The notes beneath the pieces are model-generated. The model worked only from the letters and a program-made list of their open reading frames with translations. It did not search any database and had not been told where the DNA came from. This document shows, in pieces, positions 38,418 to 52,200 of a DNA stretch of 64,000 nt. This DNA comes from Syncephalis fuscata S228. Lineage: Eukaryota > Fungi > Zoopagomycota. Location of the stretch: positions 248,001 to 312,000 of the forward strand of contig JAHLTZ010000022.1 in the NCBI GenBank assembly GCA_025786725.1, given 5' to 3'. Position 1 is the first letter of the stretch. Each line of letters begins with the position of its first letter. The translations under genes were made by a program, and so were the position numbers.

Positions 38418-39995
38418 TGGGCCTGGGATGATGTTACTCCGTTAGTATCGTTTATAAGGCTGTGGCGGTACTTCATCCTTGGTCCGTCTTTCTTCCTTGT
38501 CCTTTCACACTAACACGCTAACACATTAACACACACACACACACACACACACACAACACACTAGCAATATTGTTTAGCAACATTGCTACCTACCATATCT
38601 CATCACTCATTCTGTCTCTCTATTTCAAATCCACTCAGACGGATTCCTTCCATTTCATCACCACCTTTCCTGGTTGTCGTATTTTTTTGGTTGTGTTGCC
38701 GCACACGCCATCCTACCATAGCTTCACATCCTATTCTATCCACTCCTCACTACGCTGAGCTCAGCCAACTGCAAACTAGCTAGCTCTTTATAGCATTCTG
38801 ATACTTTATATCCTAACACCGTTATCATACTAACCACCTTACTATTATTACTGCCACACCAACCCCGCCTATTGATTGCTCCGTTTACTATTCCTACTAC
38901 TTTACATTATACACTACTTACTACTAGACGCTTGCCTTATGACTGTTGGCGCATAGTGTCGTATATTAGGTAAGAGATCGCGTAGGTATAAATAGTGCAA
39001 TTTGACCGAAGCATAGCTGCAAGCGCATTGTACTGTACTATTGCTTATTTACCATGTTTATTAAACTTAATGGCTATTCTATCGTATGTTAAGCGTGGTT
39101 GTATCATATTTATTGCCGTCCTTTTTGCTGTATTGGAAACCGCTACTGATGGTGCAGATATGATCTGCTGATAAGAGCTTATACACTCCTCTATTTTGGC
39201 ATATCATGTCTGCACCATGGGTGGCTGCATCCATTGCTTGCATGCTAAAGCATTGTATAACATTAATTACAGCAATAACGATGACAGCAGCTATAACGCA
39301 ATAGCGATTGCTTACAAAGTAGAGCGAAACAGTATGTAGTAGTAATGAAACGCTCATAGTGCCATTACTACTAATGATAATGTGTTGTACGCATATAGAC
39401 AGAGCTATTGAGCTAATTTATGAATTAATAATTATGCATATATACATGATGCTGTCTGTATGCTTACATATAATACTCTTTTAATTGAATTTATTCCGCG
39501 TGATCCCGCATCATGTGGCTGAAATACATTGATAGAATGATTGGCTGTATACGTTGATCCTTTTGGTGACCAAAGGGGTGTATGACCTCATCGCATCCTT
39601 GACCCCATCATTTTGGCGTCATGAGAGCTGCCTTTTTTACTCTACGTTTTTGATCTTCTTCCATACGTCTCTCTCGTTTCTGGATAGCAGTAGTAGTCGT
39701 GGCAATAGCAGCAACACTAGGCATATCCTCCGCTGGTACAAACTTTTCTGCATTGTATGTGCGTACGTGTGTATATGTACGCGTGTATATCCCACCAACA
39801 GCCTGTTAACCAGCTATTTATACCTTCCGATACCTATACGTGTACACTTTAGGTCCTTTATACAGAAAGCGTTTTCTACACCAGCCGGCCAACTAACTAA
39901 ACGGCCAACTGACCAACCGGCCAATCAATTGGACTTACATGGCGAGTAAGGCTTGTTTAACCGGGTTTTCTATATACTACTAGTGCTTGTACACC

Positions 39996-41977
39996 ATGGC
40001 CTATATATCTACCGAGCAAATGGCGCACCGGATCACTGGTAAGTAGGACCTGGGAGCAGGCCTATGCTGCGGCGATTAACACCGTATCTTTCCTTCCTTC
40101 TCGTTGATTACTGTTTCCCTTACAGAGATTCTTGCCACGGCAGATCTTAATACGATCACCGCAAAGCAGGTGCGTCGTCAGCTCGAGTATGAAAACAATA
40201 CAAATTTAAATTCACGCAAACAAGAAATTGATAATTTGATTATGGCTTGCTTAAATAATATGCAAATGGGCGCGGCCGCTGCTGCCGCCGGTATGAGTGG
40301 CCTGACGTTGCCACCGCATCAACAGCATATGCATCCGCAGCAATCGCAACAGCAATCACAGCAACAGCCACCGCCACCATCACAACAGCAGCAACAGCAA
40401 ATGCAAGTATCACAAGCACTACAGCAATCGCAACATCCAGGGCAGCATATGTCCCATACACAGCAGCAGTCTGGATTTATGCTACCACATCAGATGCCAA
40501 ATATGGGCCAACCTGCACATCGAATGCAAACGCCAGGCCAACAATTACCAGGCCAACAGCAGCATATTCTACCGCTGCCTGTAACTACAGCCCATGGCCT
40601 ACCGCCACCACCTATGCAAAACGTATTTTCACATGCGATGCATCAACAGCCTGGCTTTCCTTCGCCAACATCACATCAACATAATGTTATGGCTGCTGCG
40701 CTTGCGCAAAATCCATCAATGGTCCTACCACCACCTATGCAACAGCCATATGTTTTACCACCAGGTACATCAGTACAAATGGCAACATCGGTCGGCAATA
40801 GCCTACTTGGTGGTAATTCAATGAATCCAAATACACCAACATCAGCAACGGACGCTACAGGGAAACTACTCAATATTATTACACAAAATCAGCTTGCTGG
40901 TGCACGTCGCCGTCCTTTATCTAGTCAGCAGGTCGAAGATGAAGAAGAAAAGCCGAAAAAAGTGTCTAAAAAGGCAAAGTCGCGCAAGAAGCCACCACAA
41001 AACTTGGATCCTAATCGCCCAAAACGCGCCACACCTCTTACCAAGCCTATGCGACTATCGCCGGACCTTATGGCTGTCGTAGGCGTTGCAGAGCTTGGTC
41101 GTGCGCAAGTAGTCAAGGCAATTTGGGGATATATTCGCCAATACAATCTACAAGATCCAAATGATAAACGCTATTTTACAACAGATGACAAACTACGTGT
41201 TATTTTTAACGGTCTTCAACGATTAAATTGCTTTGAAATGAACAAATATCTATCTGCTCATTTGTCTAAAATAGAAACAGATACAACACCCAATCAAAGT
41301 CCAGCTAGCACCAGTGTTTCATCTAGCAGAAAAACAATGACGCCTTCTACCACAGATACAAATACAGATATACAAAGTCCAGCCATGCCAGGTGGTCATA
41401 TATACCATCCACTTAGTCCCACAACACCCGATGATCCATTTGGCTCTATCACCCGGTCCGAATGGGAGCTTGTTAAGCCAATGCGTCTATCAGCAGATCT
41501 AGCAGCAATTGTTGGTACACACGAAATGGGCGCGCTCTTGTAGTCAAGGCAGTTTGGACATATATTCGTCAATGTAATCTACAAGATCCAAATGATAAAC
41601 GCTATTTTACAACAGACGACAAACTCCGTGTTATTTTCAATGGTCTTCACCGAATGAGCTGCTTTGAAATAAATCAGTACCTAGAATCGCATCTTACTGA
41701 GATTGAAACGGACACACCAGGCCAAAATAATCTAGGTACCAGGCTTACTGCTGCCAATAGCGATCCAACAAGTATCGATGTGACAGCAGCAGCGGCGGCA
41801 GCGGTGGCTGGTCTGCAAGGTACACACATGGCTTCAGGCCATCCACACCATCTACTTAATCTTACATCGTCTATGGATCCGCTTGTGTCATCGGCTAGTG
41901 TAGTGCCGGATTTACGAGCCGTCTCTTCGGCAGTTGGTCTACCACCCACGCCCATTGGAGAATTAAAATCTGAATAG
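39996..41977 (+). CDS. DEK-C plus two SWIB/MDM2 domains (Tri1/Uaf30/Spp27-like), Q-rich linker; 1-nt frameshift at about 41530
   Basis: MAYISTEQMAHRIT|EILATADLNTITAKQVRRQLE (DEK-C); LSPDLMAVVG...RAQVVKAIWGYIRQYNLQDPNDKR (SWIB 1). The second SWIB is restored by ATG GG(G) CGC GCT CTT GTA GTC AAG GCA GTT TGG. Confidence 0.85.
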
Positions 41978-42715
41978 ACGATTCGAGTATTCACAAGTTA
42001 CTATTTACCACTATTACATTACACACACACACACACACAACTTATTACTTCTCTTCTTCGCCTGTCTTTTTTATTTGCGATCACTTTTACTTAAGCTGGA
42101 CGCTAATATCGATTTTTAATGCTATGTTTGTCTACGTAATTTGGTAGTAATTGCCATACATCCATTCACCCACTCACTCACTCACTCATCATTGATGGCC
42201 ATATTTACACATTTTAACGATTCTTTGCTCTTCTTTCGTCTTTTCTTCTTTTCCATTGTGTCATCAGTCTGTTTCCTGTCGTTTGCGTCGACATCTTCAT
42301 CGCAGACGGCATACGATGCTGCAAAAAGATGAATGGCTTGTTTAGCATACTGCTACCATTTTTGTTACTATTGCTCTCGCGTACCCCCATTCACGCTCTA
42401 CTATCTGTGACTTTGTTGTTATGCACGTGTGCTTGTTCATTCTACATCAGCTTTATATTTAACAGGAAAAATGTTGTTGTTGTTGTTGTTGTCTGCGTTA
42501 ATATATATACTATTACACAAAGTGAAGCTCTAATAGATTATACTAGTTTTGTTTCATTAAACCTACTGTTGTTACGAAAAAAGATTACATAATATTAATA
42601 CCAATACTAAATTATTACCCAATACTAATAACACTAAATCATTAAGGTTATTATAAATAATAAAACTTTACTTATCGGTTTATTCACTTTCATTCACACC
42701 AACTTTATTCTTATT

Positions 42716-43026
42716 ATGGCTGCAAATACTTCGTCGTCAACTGTAGATCTTACGGCATTCAACAATAAGCCAGCCACATTGTTTATGGACCCATGTGCCA
42801 AACAAAGCAAAGAGAGTCTACGTTGTTTGGAGGACAATCCAGGAGATAAGAACAAGTGTACAGCCTACTTTGAGGCTTACCGGGATTGCAAAAAGATTTG
42901 GGCAAGTACCTATACCGACTATACGTGTATCTACATCTATTATGAGCACTAATATATTGGTATGTCGTTACTGTTTAGTTGGATGCACGTCGGGAAGAAC
43001 GAAAGCGACGAAATGGTCTAACATGA
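42716..43026 (+). CDS. COX23: Cytochrome c oxidase assembly factor Cox23 (twin CX9C); GC-AG intron 42902-42978
   Basis: FMDPCAKQSKESLRCLEDNPGDKNKCTAYFEAYRDCKKIW|LDARREERKRRNGLT*. Confidence 0.85.
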
Positions 43027-43534
43027 ATAAAATACCGCTTTTATATTTTACTCACTTGTTCTGTCATCATGTCTTTTTGTTGTAATGGACCGGGTGGCGC
43101 TTTAAGTGCTCCAGTACGTGCGTTAGTGTACTTTCCAACGATATTGACACGTCAATCGACCAATGACATTGGCAATAAACTGCCGTTATATATTGCACCT
43201 GATTGGAAAGAAGCCGGTAAACTTGCAGACACCAAGCTAATCAGTCTAGTAGGTAAATAGACGAGTGCAGTCTAATAAGTTCAGAATAGTAGTTTGACTA
43301 TTGCTTGTATAGGCAGAGCAGTTCCGTATGATACAAGTGATGCCGCGTATTAAGCCATGCTGCTTATTCATTAGCTAATTGTTTATCTGAATCAACCAAG
43401 GTTGTAGACAATAATTTATTATCAATACAAATCATCAATGGTATTTCGATAGAGATACGTGACTGGTTAGGAAATTACCTTTCAATGGGTAAGTAATTAT
43501 TTACGATAAAAGATTGTCTATTTGTTGATAAAAT

Positions 43535-44276
43535 AATAGTACTTTGAATAAGATGTGATAAGTATAGAATATGCCGACGTACAATGATAAAATATAGAAG
43601 AGAAGGGAGATGAGTGAATGGGTTAAAGTTGAAGAAATAAGCATGATATAAACAGCAATACTGTGAATCATTTAATCACCACCAGTATAATGCCATCAAA
43701 CTGTTATGGGCAATAGTATTTTGTAAAAATAGCTGTTGGTAAAGTATAATGGCCTTGTAATAAAAAAGCCTCAATAGCGTATAAATGATGTCGCCATTGT
43801 TTCATTAATGGCATAAGCAAATATAGAATTGTATTGGTATGGTAGACAGAATAGATAGTATGAATGTGATGATTATATGATATTGTTTATTAGGTATTAG
43901 TTATATTATTAATATGCATTGTCCCTGCGTTAAAACCTTTTTACTTGAATTATGACAACGTCAATAAAGCAACAGTACTATAATATACTTTCGAATCTAT
44001 ACAATATAGTAACATTTGAACAAAAGCCAAATAGTCAGAGATAAAAACAGCAATTATTTTATTTATCGGTGCTATTGTTGAATAACTAACAATAGAATGC
44101 ATATTCAATATGTAAATACCGTCAAGTGCAAAGAAAAAGAAAGGGAGATGTAATAATGTAGATTGTATGTTGTTGTTAATATGAGTGAATTAATACAATG
44201 TGAAATAAAAGCATCATTAATGTGAATAAAAAGTACGTCATTTGACACCAACTACTCATTATCATAAAACATATTA
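43535..44276 (+). repeat. Dispersed AT-rich repeat, truncated copy 2
   Basis: Near-identical to about 31753-32497. Confidence 0.93.
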
Positions 44277-44456
44277 TTACAAAACATTGACTAAAATTTA
44301 ATTAAATAATGCTTTATTATGTGTCAAGAAATAGCCCTTTACGCTCAGCGAATAGGACAAGGAATGCTTTCAAGAAAAGGAAAGAAAATAAATTAGCACA
44401 TGTTATTGTGCCATCAAGCTGTCTAAAGGCCTTTTTGATTAAATATCACAGTCATC

Positions 44457-45599
44457 TTAGATGGAAGGAGAACCAGGTCGTTGATTAAGAAAAGGCTGTT
44501 TATCGCTGTACGGACTTGACATCCGCTTATAAGATGGACTGCTGGTGGTTAAAACGGCACTGGGCGGCCGAGTTATATTAGAAAAGTTGCTTACTGTTGA
44601 TGCACGTCGCCCCTGTCCTCCCAACGACGATACAATAGACGCTCGCATTCGAGATCGTATCGTTGGTGGCGACACCATAATAGTAGGAATGACAAACTGG
44701 CTTGCTTTTTCGTTTGGCATATTATTATTCGTAGCGGCCACACTGTGCTTTCGTCGTCGGTAACGACGTACAAGTGATACCACAATACAGATGATTGCCA
44801 GACAAGCAACAATACCGCCAACAGTACATGCTGCCACGATCGGCACGAGATGGGATCGACTATTAGCCGTGTTTGCTTGTTCATTTGTCATACTCGTTTC
44901 TTCGGCAGCAGCAGCTAAATAATAAACATTATATTAGTATTAATTAAACAAAGTAACTATTGCGTATACATATAACCTACCTAAAGTGATTCGCAAGTCG
45001 GCTGGCTGTTGTTTGATGTTTGTATTGTTAGCCTGTCGTATGACAAGGCGTAATAATCGATAGGCACGGCTATTCAACATATCATTTGTAACGACTAAAT
45101 CCGTTACATTCGTGCCACTTTGAGAGTTCTCGACCGTCTTGTTCCAGATTGACTCGCGCGTTGCGATATCCTCCAATGAAAGCAGTATGCTGACGTTGCG
45201 TGCAACCGGTTGCGTAAAAAAGGGAGAAGTCGTATTCCACGCGATGTTAATTGTAGAGTCGACTCCAAATATCGTTTCGTTTCCAGGAGAACAATAATGA
45301 TTGGCAAGACACTTGTCCACCGGGACTGCATTATGCGTATTGATATAGAAGGAAAGTGAACATCATAGTTGGTTGGTTAGCTATTAAGATCGACGTAGTG
45401 CTCTGTGCACAACAATGTGATATAACATTGGTAGAAAAAACTAACCTTGTCGCCGAGTGAGGTGCTGCAGCGAAACACCTTCTGGATATTGTGCCGTTAA
45501 TGCCATGGCACCATTATTGCTACTGCCGCTGCCACCAAAGCAGCAGAATACAAGTAGCAAAAGTAATGCATAGAAAAATGTAGTTTGAAAGACAGTCAT
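44457..45599 (-). CDS. Type I single-pass membrane protein (signal peptide, glycosylated ectodomain, Mid2-like TM/tail), 3 exons
   Basis: MTVFQTTFFYALLLLLVFCCFGG signal; exon 2 VPVDKCLANHYCSPGNET with many NxS/T sites; TM VPIVAACTVGGIVACLAIICIVVSLV followed by RRYRRRK. Confidence 0.75.
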
Positions 45600-46348
45600 T
45601 GCTTGAATGGTGCAAATAAATAATTATGCACCCTATTGCGGCAGTTCTACGATAAGGTAAGAAACAGCAACAGCAACAGCAATAATATTAGAATACTGGC
45701 TATTAATAATGAACTAGCAATAGAAAATAGACGGCACTGCCGCGGATGAGCTATGGGTATGGGTGTATATATGGCTATTGGAAAAAAAGGGCGGAGTGAA
45801 GACGATGTTACAAAATGTCGCTGCATTTGCGGTTGCCTAATGTGGCGATAGAAATTAAAGGAGCAGATAGAGGAAGGAATAAGGCGGCCGCCTCGGATCA
45901 CTATGGTTGGCTTCAGAAAAAAGACTATTTATCCTTGAACTAAATGGAGAACGTGTTTTTACAAGTGCTAATTTCATATAATACTAAACAAAATAAACCG
46001 ATAAGCCGTTCATTTATCTATTAATAAAATTGTTGTCGTGTGAATAATAATGTCATTGTGTTAATTACAATGACTGTCATAACTGCGTTGTAGATTAAAA
46101 TACTAATAATAATTTTGCTTGTTTCTTCAATGAACACAACACACACACACACACACACACTTGTTCACTACACTCCCTTAAAGCCTACCAACTATAACAA
46201 CAACAACGAGGTTTACAGGGCTGTTGTTGCCCTATTTGTACTAGTTTTATTGCTTGTATTTCTTGAGCTACACTGGCCGTGTTTGGGTAGGCGGTGTACG
46301 AATCTAAACGCTAGTACGATCTATTTTGGTGGGTTCAAACAGTAGAGA

Positions 46349-48497
46349 ATGTCGTTTTGGTCGCGAGCACTATCGCTTGGTTGGGAAGCTGAACAAGAAG
46401 GCGCGACACAGCACCGTCGGCACGCAAGTGACTATACGGCTACTGCGAATAGTGCGGCTCGCAGGTCAATCGTTGATAAAGATGACGCCAACTACTCGTC
46501 GGATGACGTAGTATTTCCCGATCATCTAGAGAATGAACAAGTATTAAAGGAATTTGTAGATAGTAGCGTCATCTACCAAGCTGGTAAGTAGAGCAACGGC
46601 GTGACAGGTCCTTTGTGCCCCTTTGTATGTAATTGTGTTTGTGTTTGCGTGTATGGGTGTGCGTATGTGGCTACATGTCTACACATTTATTTCTAACTAT
46701 CCGTAACAACTGTTTCATCCATAGGCAACGACTATGAAGGTCGTCCTATGATTGTATTTTTTGCTTGCCATTTACCCGATCCACAACGGGCCAACTATGA
46801 TCTGGTATTAGAGTAAGTTGGTGGATTGACAACATTGATATTAAACATATTTATTAATGTGCTAATGATAGCCATATCCTTGCCAAGCTTGATCAGTATG
46901 TTGAGAATGACTATACAACTATACTATTTTCGGGTGGCGCACGCTATCGTCCGGGGTGGTCGTGGCTATTCAAAGCGTACAATCAACTTGGAAGAAAGTA
47001 AGTTGACACAATTGTTATGTAACAACTATATTAAACATTGCATCAATATCAATCAATAATATTAATCAGATATAAAAAGAATTTGAAAAAGCTTTACGTT
47101 GTCCACCCATCAATGTGGGTCCGTCTTCTTATGGATATGATGAAAGCTGTAATTAGTCCGAAATTTGCACGCAAACTATCATATGTTTCTACACTTTCTG
47201 AGCTAGCTACGCAAATACCACTGAAGAAAATACAATTACCACGGGCTGTTTTATCGTAAGTTATTTAGACTAATAGAAGGCAGTTTATTGATATTGATGT
47301 GGGCATTAGACATAATCTTAAGTATGAAGCTTGTATTACGTATCCAAAATCAAAGCCACGTATGTTTGGACAGCCACTAGAAAAGATTATGGGCCCGGAC
47401 GGCCTACGTAACTATCCGCTTGTTGTATTGGAATGCGTTGAATTGTTGCGCGATCGAGGTAAGCTATAATATAATAAGCAAAATTGGTTTAGACAAACAT
47501 ATAACATTTATTGTATGTAATAGCATTGCATAAAGACGGTATATTCCGTAGATCGGCATGTGCCAGTGATTTAAGAGCAGTACGCAGCTCGTATGATCAA
47601 GGTAAGCTACTATTACGCAAACGATAAAACACGACTAGTTTAACACAATTATGCATAGGCGAAGCAGTGGATCTAAGTAGTTACGACGATTATATGGTTG
47701 CCGTATTGTTGAAGCTCTTTTTCCATGAATTATCGCCGCCGCTATTTCCTACTGAAAAATACGAGGCAATCCGTCAGATACCTGTTCATGAACCGATTGA
47801 TGCGCAAATTCTTTATATACAATCGATATTGCTTGCTACAATGTCGCGGCCAGCCTATTTGCTGACACGATATGTATTTGGACTATTGCATGAAACGTCT
47901 AAACATTCCGAGTCAAACCTTATGAATGTCAATAATCTAGCCATGGTCTGGGCACCGAATCTAGTGCATGGTCCAGACCCAATGGAAGATATGCAGCTAT
48001 TCTACAATAGTGGACAACAAGGCTGCGTTGGCACGTTTATTCGACTATCTCTTGATCATTACTACGCAATGTTTGAAATAGAAGAAATCGAGCGCGTGCC
48101 AAGGCCTTTTACGCAAGCTCTGCATCAACTGCAAGCCGAAGAAGAAGAGGAAGATACCATTGCCGATATGCAGCAGATGAATATTAATGCTAAATTGTAC
48201 CGTCGGCGTTCGTCGCGACAACGCCGAACACAAAGCGAGATACAAGTTGATGTAACGACACTGAATAATCACCACGAGCTGCGCAGAGCTCCATCTTCGC
48301 CCTCGATTGCTGTTCCTGCTCAGCGTAGTCGGCCGACCAGCTTTGCCGCCGAATTTGGCCCTATGAGTATGCCGAGCAATGCGGCTGATTTACGCCGTAG
48401 TCTACCGCCCTTATCGCAACGAAGTGCCGTCGATGAACCGACCAGTCCTCGTCAGCGCGCTCATACAACTATTAGCGATGGCACTGAGTATCAATAG
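46349..48497 (+). CDS. BCH/CRAL-TRIO plus RhoGAP protein (ARHGAP1/p50RhoGAP-like), multi-exon
   Basis: IYQAG|NDYEGRPMIVFFAC, YKKNLKKLYVVHPS, ISPKFARKL (BCH); FGQPLE, DGIFRRS, VAVLLKLFFHEL, NLMNVNNLAMVWAPNL (RhoGAP). Confidence 0.9.
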
Positions 48498-49274
48498 GAA
48501 AGTCAGTCGGTCAGTTAGCTAATCGGTATGAAAGATATCCATATGTGTGAATAATATAGTAGTAATATCATTTAATGAAAATATGTAATCATCATTTTCA
48601 TATTGTGAATAAAGTGTGATTTTTTATCTCTCCTATGTTTGTTGTAGTAGCTGTACAAATATCTGACTTACAAAAGTTGCATCATTGACCAAAGTATCTA
48701 GTTTTATATCGATAAATATAGGATGCAAATAATAATTAATAAGCTTATAGTATATTTTTTATAACTACATCTCTAGTATCGTAAAAGAATATAAAAATAC
48801 AAAATCGCGAATGTAATATTTACGTTGCAATCAAATCTTTGACGATAATTATAGCGAATCATAACAAAAAGACTAAATCATGTCATTTTAATAAATAAGC
48901 ATCGACTACTTTTACGTCATTTATTCATTTCAGTAACACTCATTATTCATTTGCATCCATATTGTTTTGTTCTCTACTCATCGTTCTCTGTCTAATCATA
49001 TTTTGTTTTCTTTCTAGCACTATTACTGACTAGTAAATGCGTGTAGTTCTTTCAGCACATATTTTTTAAATTATTCAAATTAAATATGCTAATATTTAAT
49101 AGCGTTAACATACCAAGTATATAATGTTCAATAAACACTATATTGGTTTATTTTGAAGATTTTTTTGTTAATAATATACATGGGATAAATAAAAAGCAGT
49201 ACTAGTATGTTATTTTCAATTGTGTTGTATACAATCGATATTATTTGTGAATAAGCAACAATTCTGTGAAGAGA

Positions 49275-52200
49275 CTTAATCAAATATACATAATAAAAGC
49301 ATGTGTTTATTATTGCAAACTTGTATAGCTGAATAGGTACAAGCAAGTGCATACTTGTTAGCAATATAATGATGTTATCAATTAAAGGTGAATAAACTGG
49401 AGCATTGGCTGAAACTTGATATATGAATGAGCTGACCGGTGGTTGTAAGGTAGTCTTGCTTTCCATTGAATTCGCATTTAAAGCATGTTGAACTATCAGT
49501 TTAATTATACTACCAATGCCAATGTATTGAATGTCTTGATTATTCTATTTTGTAAGCAAAAATAGCATATTCCACACAGGTAACTTATAAACTATCGATA
49601 TACAACATAACTTACAATCTATTGTTATTACAGCATTGGTACACATAGTTAACATATAACTAACACGACTCGGTCAATATGCGGTGTCGCCGCCTATTAA
49701 TATTAAGTCATCAATATGCACGATAAATAGCATGCAATTAGTGTATAATTAATTAATATATAATATCACTTACAGGCTATTGGTATCAGTTTGTTAGTAT
49801 GCATAATTAACATGCAATTAGTGTATGGTTAATTATAATACAGTGTCACTTACGGCCTATTAATACTAAAAGTTGCTACACACAATACATAGCATATGCC
49901 TAGTGTATAGTCAAGTAATATACAATATCACCCACCAGCTATTAATATTAATTTGTTGGTAAAATGACACACGGCATAGAATCAGTTCATATTGAATTAA
50001 TGCACAATACCACTTACTGTCTATTAACATTGAAGCGCTGATGCGCAAAGTGGACATTTAATTGATAAATAAATACTTGCCATAAACTACTACTTACGGC
50101 CTATTATAGCACCCCATTAATATACCAATAAATATTCGGTAATTAGTGTGTAATTAATCAATATATAATATCACTTACCGCCTATTACATTAAGTTTTTT
50201 ATGCACACAATAATAACATATAATTAATGCGTAGTTACTGAATACGCAGTGTCACTTATATGCTAGCAATACTATGTTGTTGGCACACACACAATGCATA
50301 GTATGTGATTAGTGCATATTCAATTAATACACAATATTACTTACAAACTATTAATATTTAATTATTGCTACACACAATAAATAGTAATTAATTGGTTTAT
50401 AGCTAGCTGAAATACAGTATTACTTACGACCTATTAATGCCAAATCTTCGATAAGTATAGTGAAAATACAATTAGTAAATAGTTAAATAAAGTACAGTAA
50501 CTTGTATTCTATCAATATTAAGCTGTTGATACATATAATGAGCAATATTTAGTCAGTTTATAGGCAATTAATACGCAATATTGCTTACTTTCTACTAGTA
50601 TTGAGTGATGATATGTGCAGCACAGTATTAATCAATGCATAGATAGTTATTGTGCAATAACACTTGCGCCCTATTAATATTAAAGCATCAATATGAATGG
50701 TACATGATATATAATTATTGTATAGATAATTGGCATACAATACTACCTACCAGCTAGTAATATTAAATGTTGCTATACCAATACATATTAAGTGATTAGA
50801 GAATAGTCAATTAATATGTGGTATTACTTACCAACTAGTAATATAAAATTGTTGATACACAAAATGAGCATGAAGTTGGTGAGCATTTAATTAGTATGTA
50901 ATGGTACTTACAGCCTATTGATGTTAAGCCATTGATAAACGCATTACATCGCATTTAATCAGCGCGTAGACAATTGATATACACCATCACTTACACACTA
51001 TTGACGTTAAGACGTTGATACACGCAATGCATAGCATTTAATTAGTATATAGACAAACAATATACAATATTAATTACTGACTATTAGCATTGAAATGTTA
51101 ATACGTCGTGAAAAATATGCTGTTAATAAATATTCAGCCATTTTATAATATCACTAACAAACTATTAATATTAAGTTGTTGATGCACACAATAAATAATA
51201 TGTAAATAATATATAGTCGATTAATACACAATATTGCTTACTCTCTATTAGTATTAAGTTGTTAATAGACACGTTACATAGCATGTGATTGGTGTATAGC
51301 CACCTAATATCCAATTTTACTTACTAGCTATTAAGGTTAATCTGTTAATACACACAATAAACAACATATAATTAGCACATAGGTAACTAATGCGCAGTAT
51401 TCCTTACCACCTATCAGTATTAAGTGATGATATGCACAGAACATAGTATTTAGTTAGTGCATAAGTAATTAAAATACATCATCACTTACAGGCTATTAAT
51501 AACATTTTATTAATACACATAATAAATATCGCGTAACTAGTGTTATTTGACTGGCATAGAATACCACTTACAGACTATTAATTTAGTGATAAACACCACA
51601 AATAGCACGTAGTTAGTATATATATATACTTTATATATTATGTCACTTACCAGCTGTTAGTATCAGGTTGTTGATACACGCAACAAACAGCGTGTAATTA
51701 ACTTATAGTCATTTGATATAGAATATTACTTACCATCTGCTTATTATGTTTATTATGTGTATGTAAATATAGTAAGTATTGTATCTGCAATACATAAATG
51801 CGACTTACTATCTAATATCATCACCAATTAACCGTAGCACCAGTAAGCATAATAACATTGCATATTCATTTTAATTGCAACACACCACGACGGATTAAAG
51901 AAGCTGGCTTGGCATCCACTATGGAAGTAGTAGCCACAAAAGCTACGAGAAGAGTGCAAACAACGGCAATAAAAGACTTTATGATGATATCAGTTTGTTG
52001 AGGCAAACAAATAAAACAAAAAGCAGAGGATGAGAGTATAGAGAGAGAGAGTAGCGAGTAATTTATAGAGAGCAAGATGTGATACTGATATTACTAGATA
52101 TATGTGTATATTTCATGGGCTATTTAAGACTGTGATCGTGCTGAGATATCAAAGAATGTGCTGTATCAACCATATCATTGAAATACAATATGAACCAATA

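Noticed and set aside
5746-46160. Microsatellites: (TG)n near 5746, (ACGAGCAA)n near 11095-11135, (AG)n near 37361, (CA)n near 38531, 42021 and 46141
   Set aside because: Ordinary simple repeats in introns and UTRs with no evidence of a specific function.
49128-49466. 112-aa ORF downstream of microexon copy B (also 52575-52787)
   Set aside because: AT-rich with no motif, and they cross the duplication boundary, so they are not conserved in copy A.
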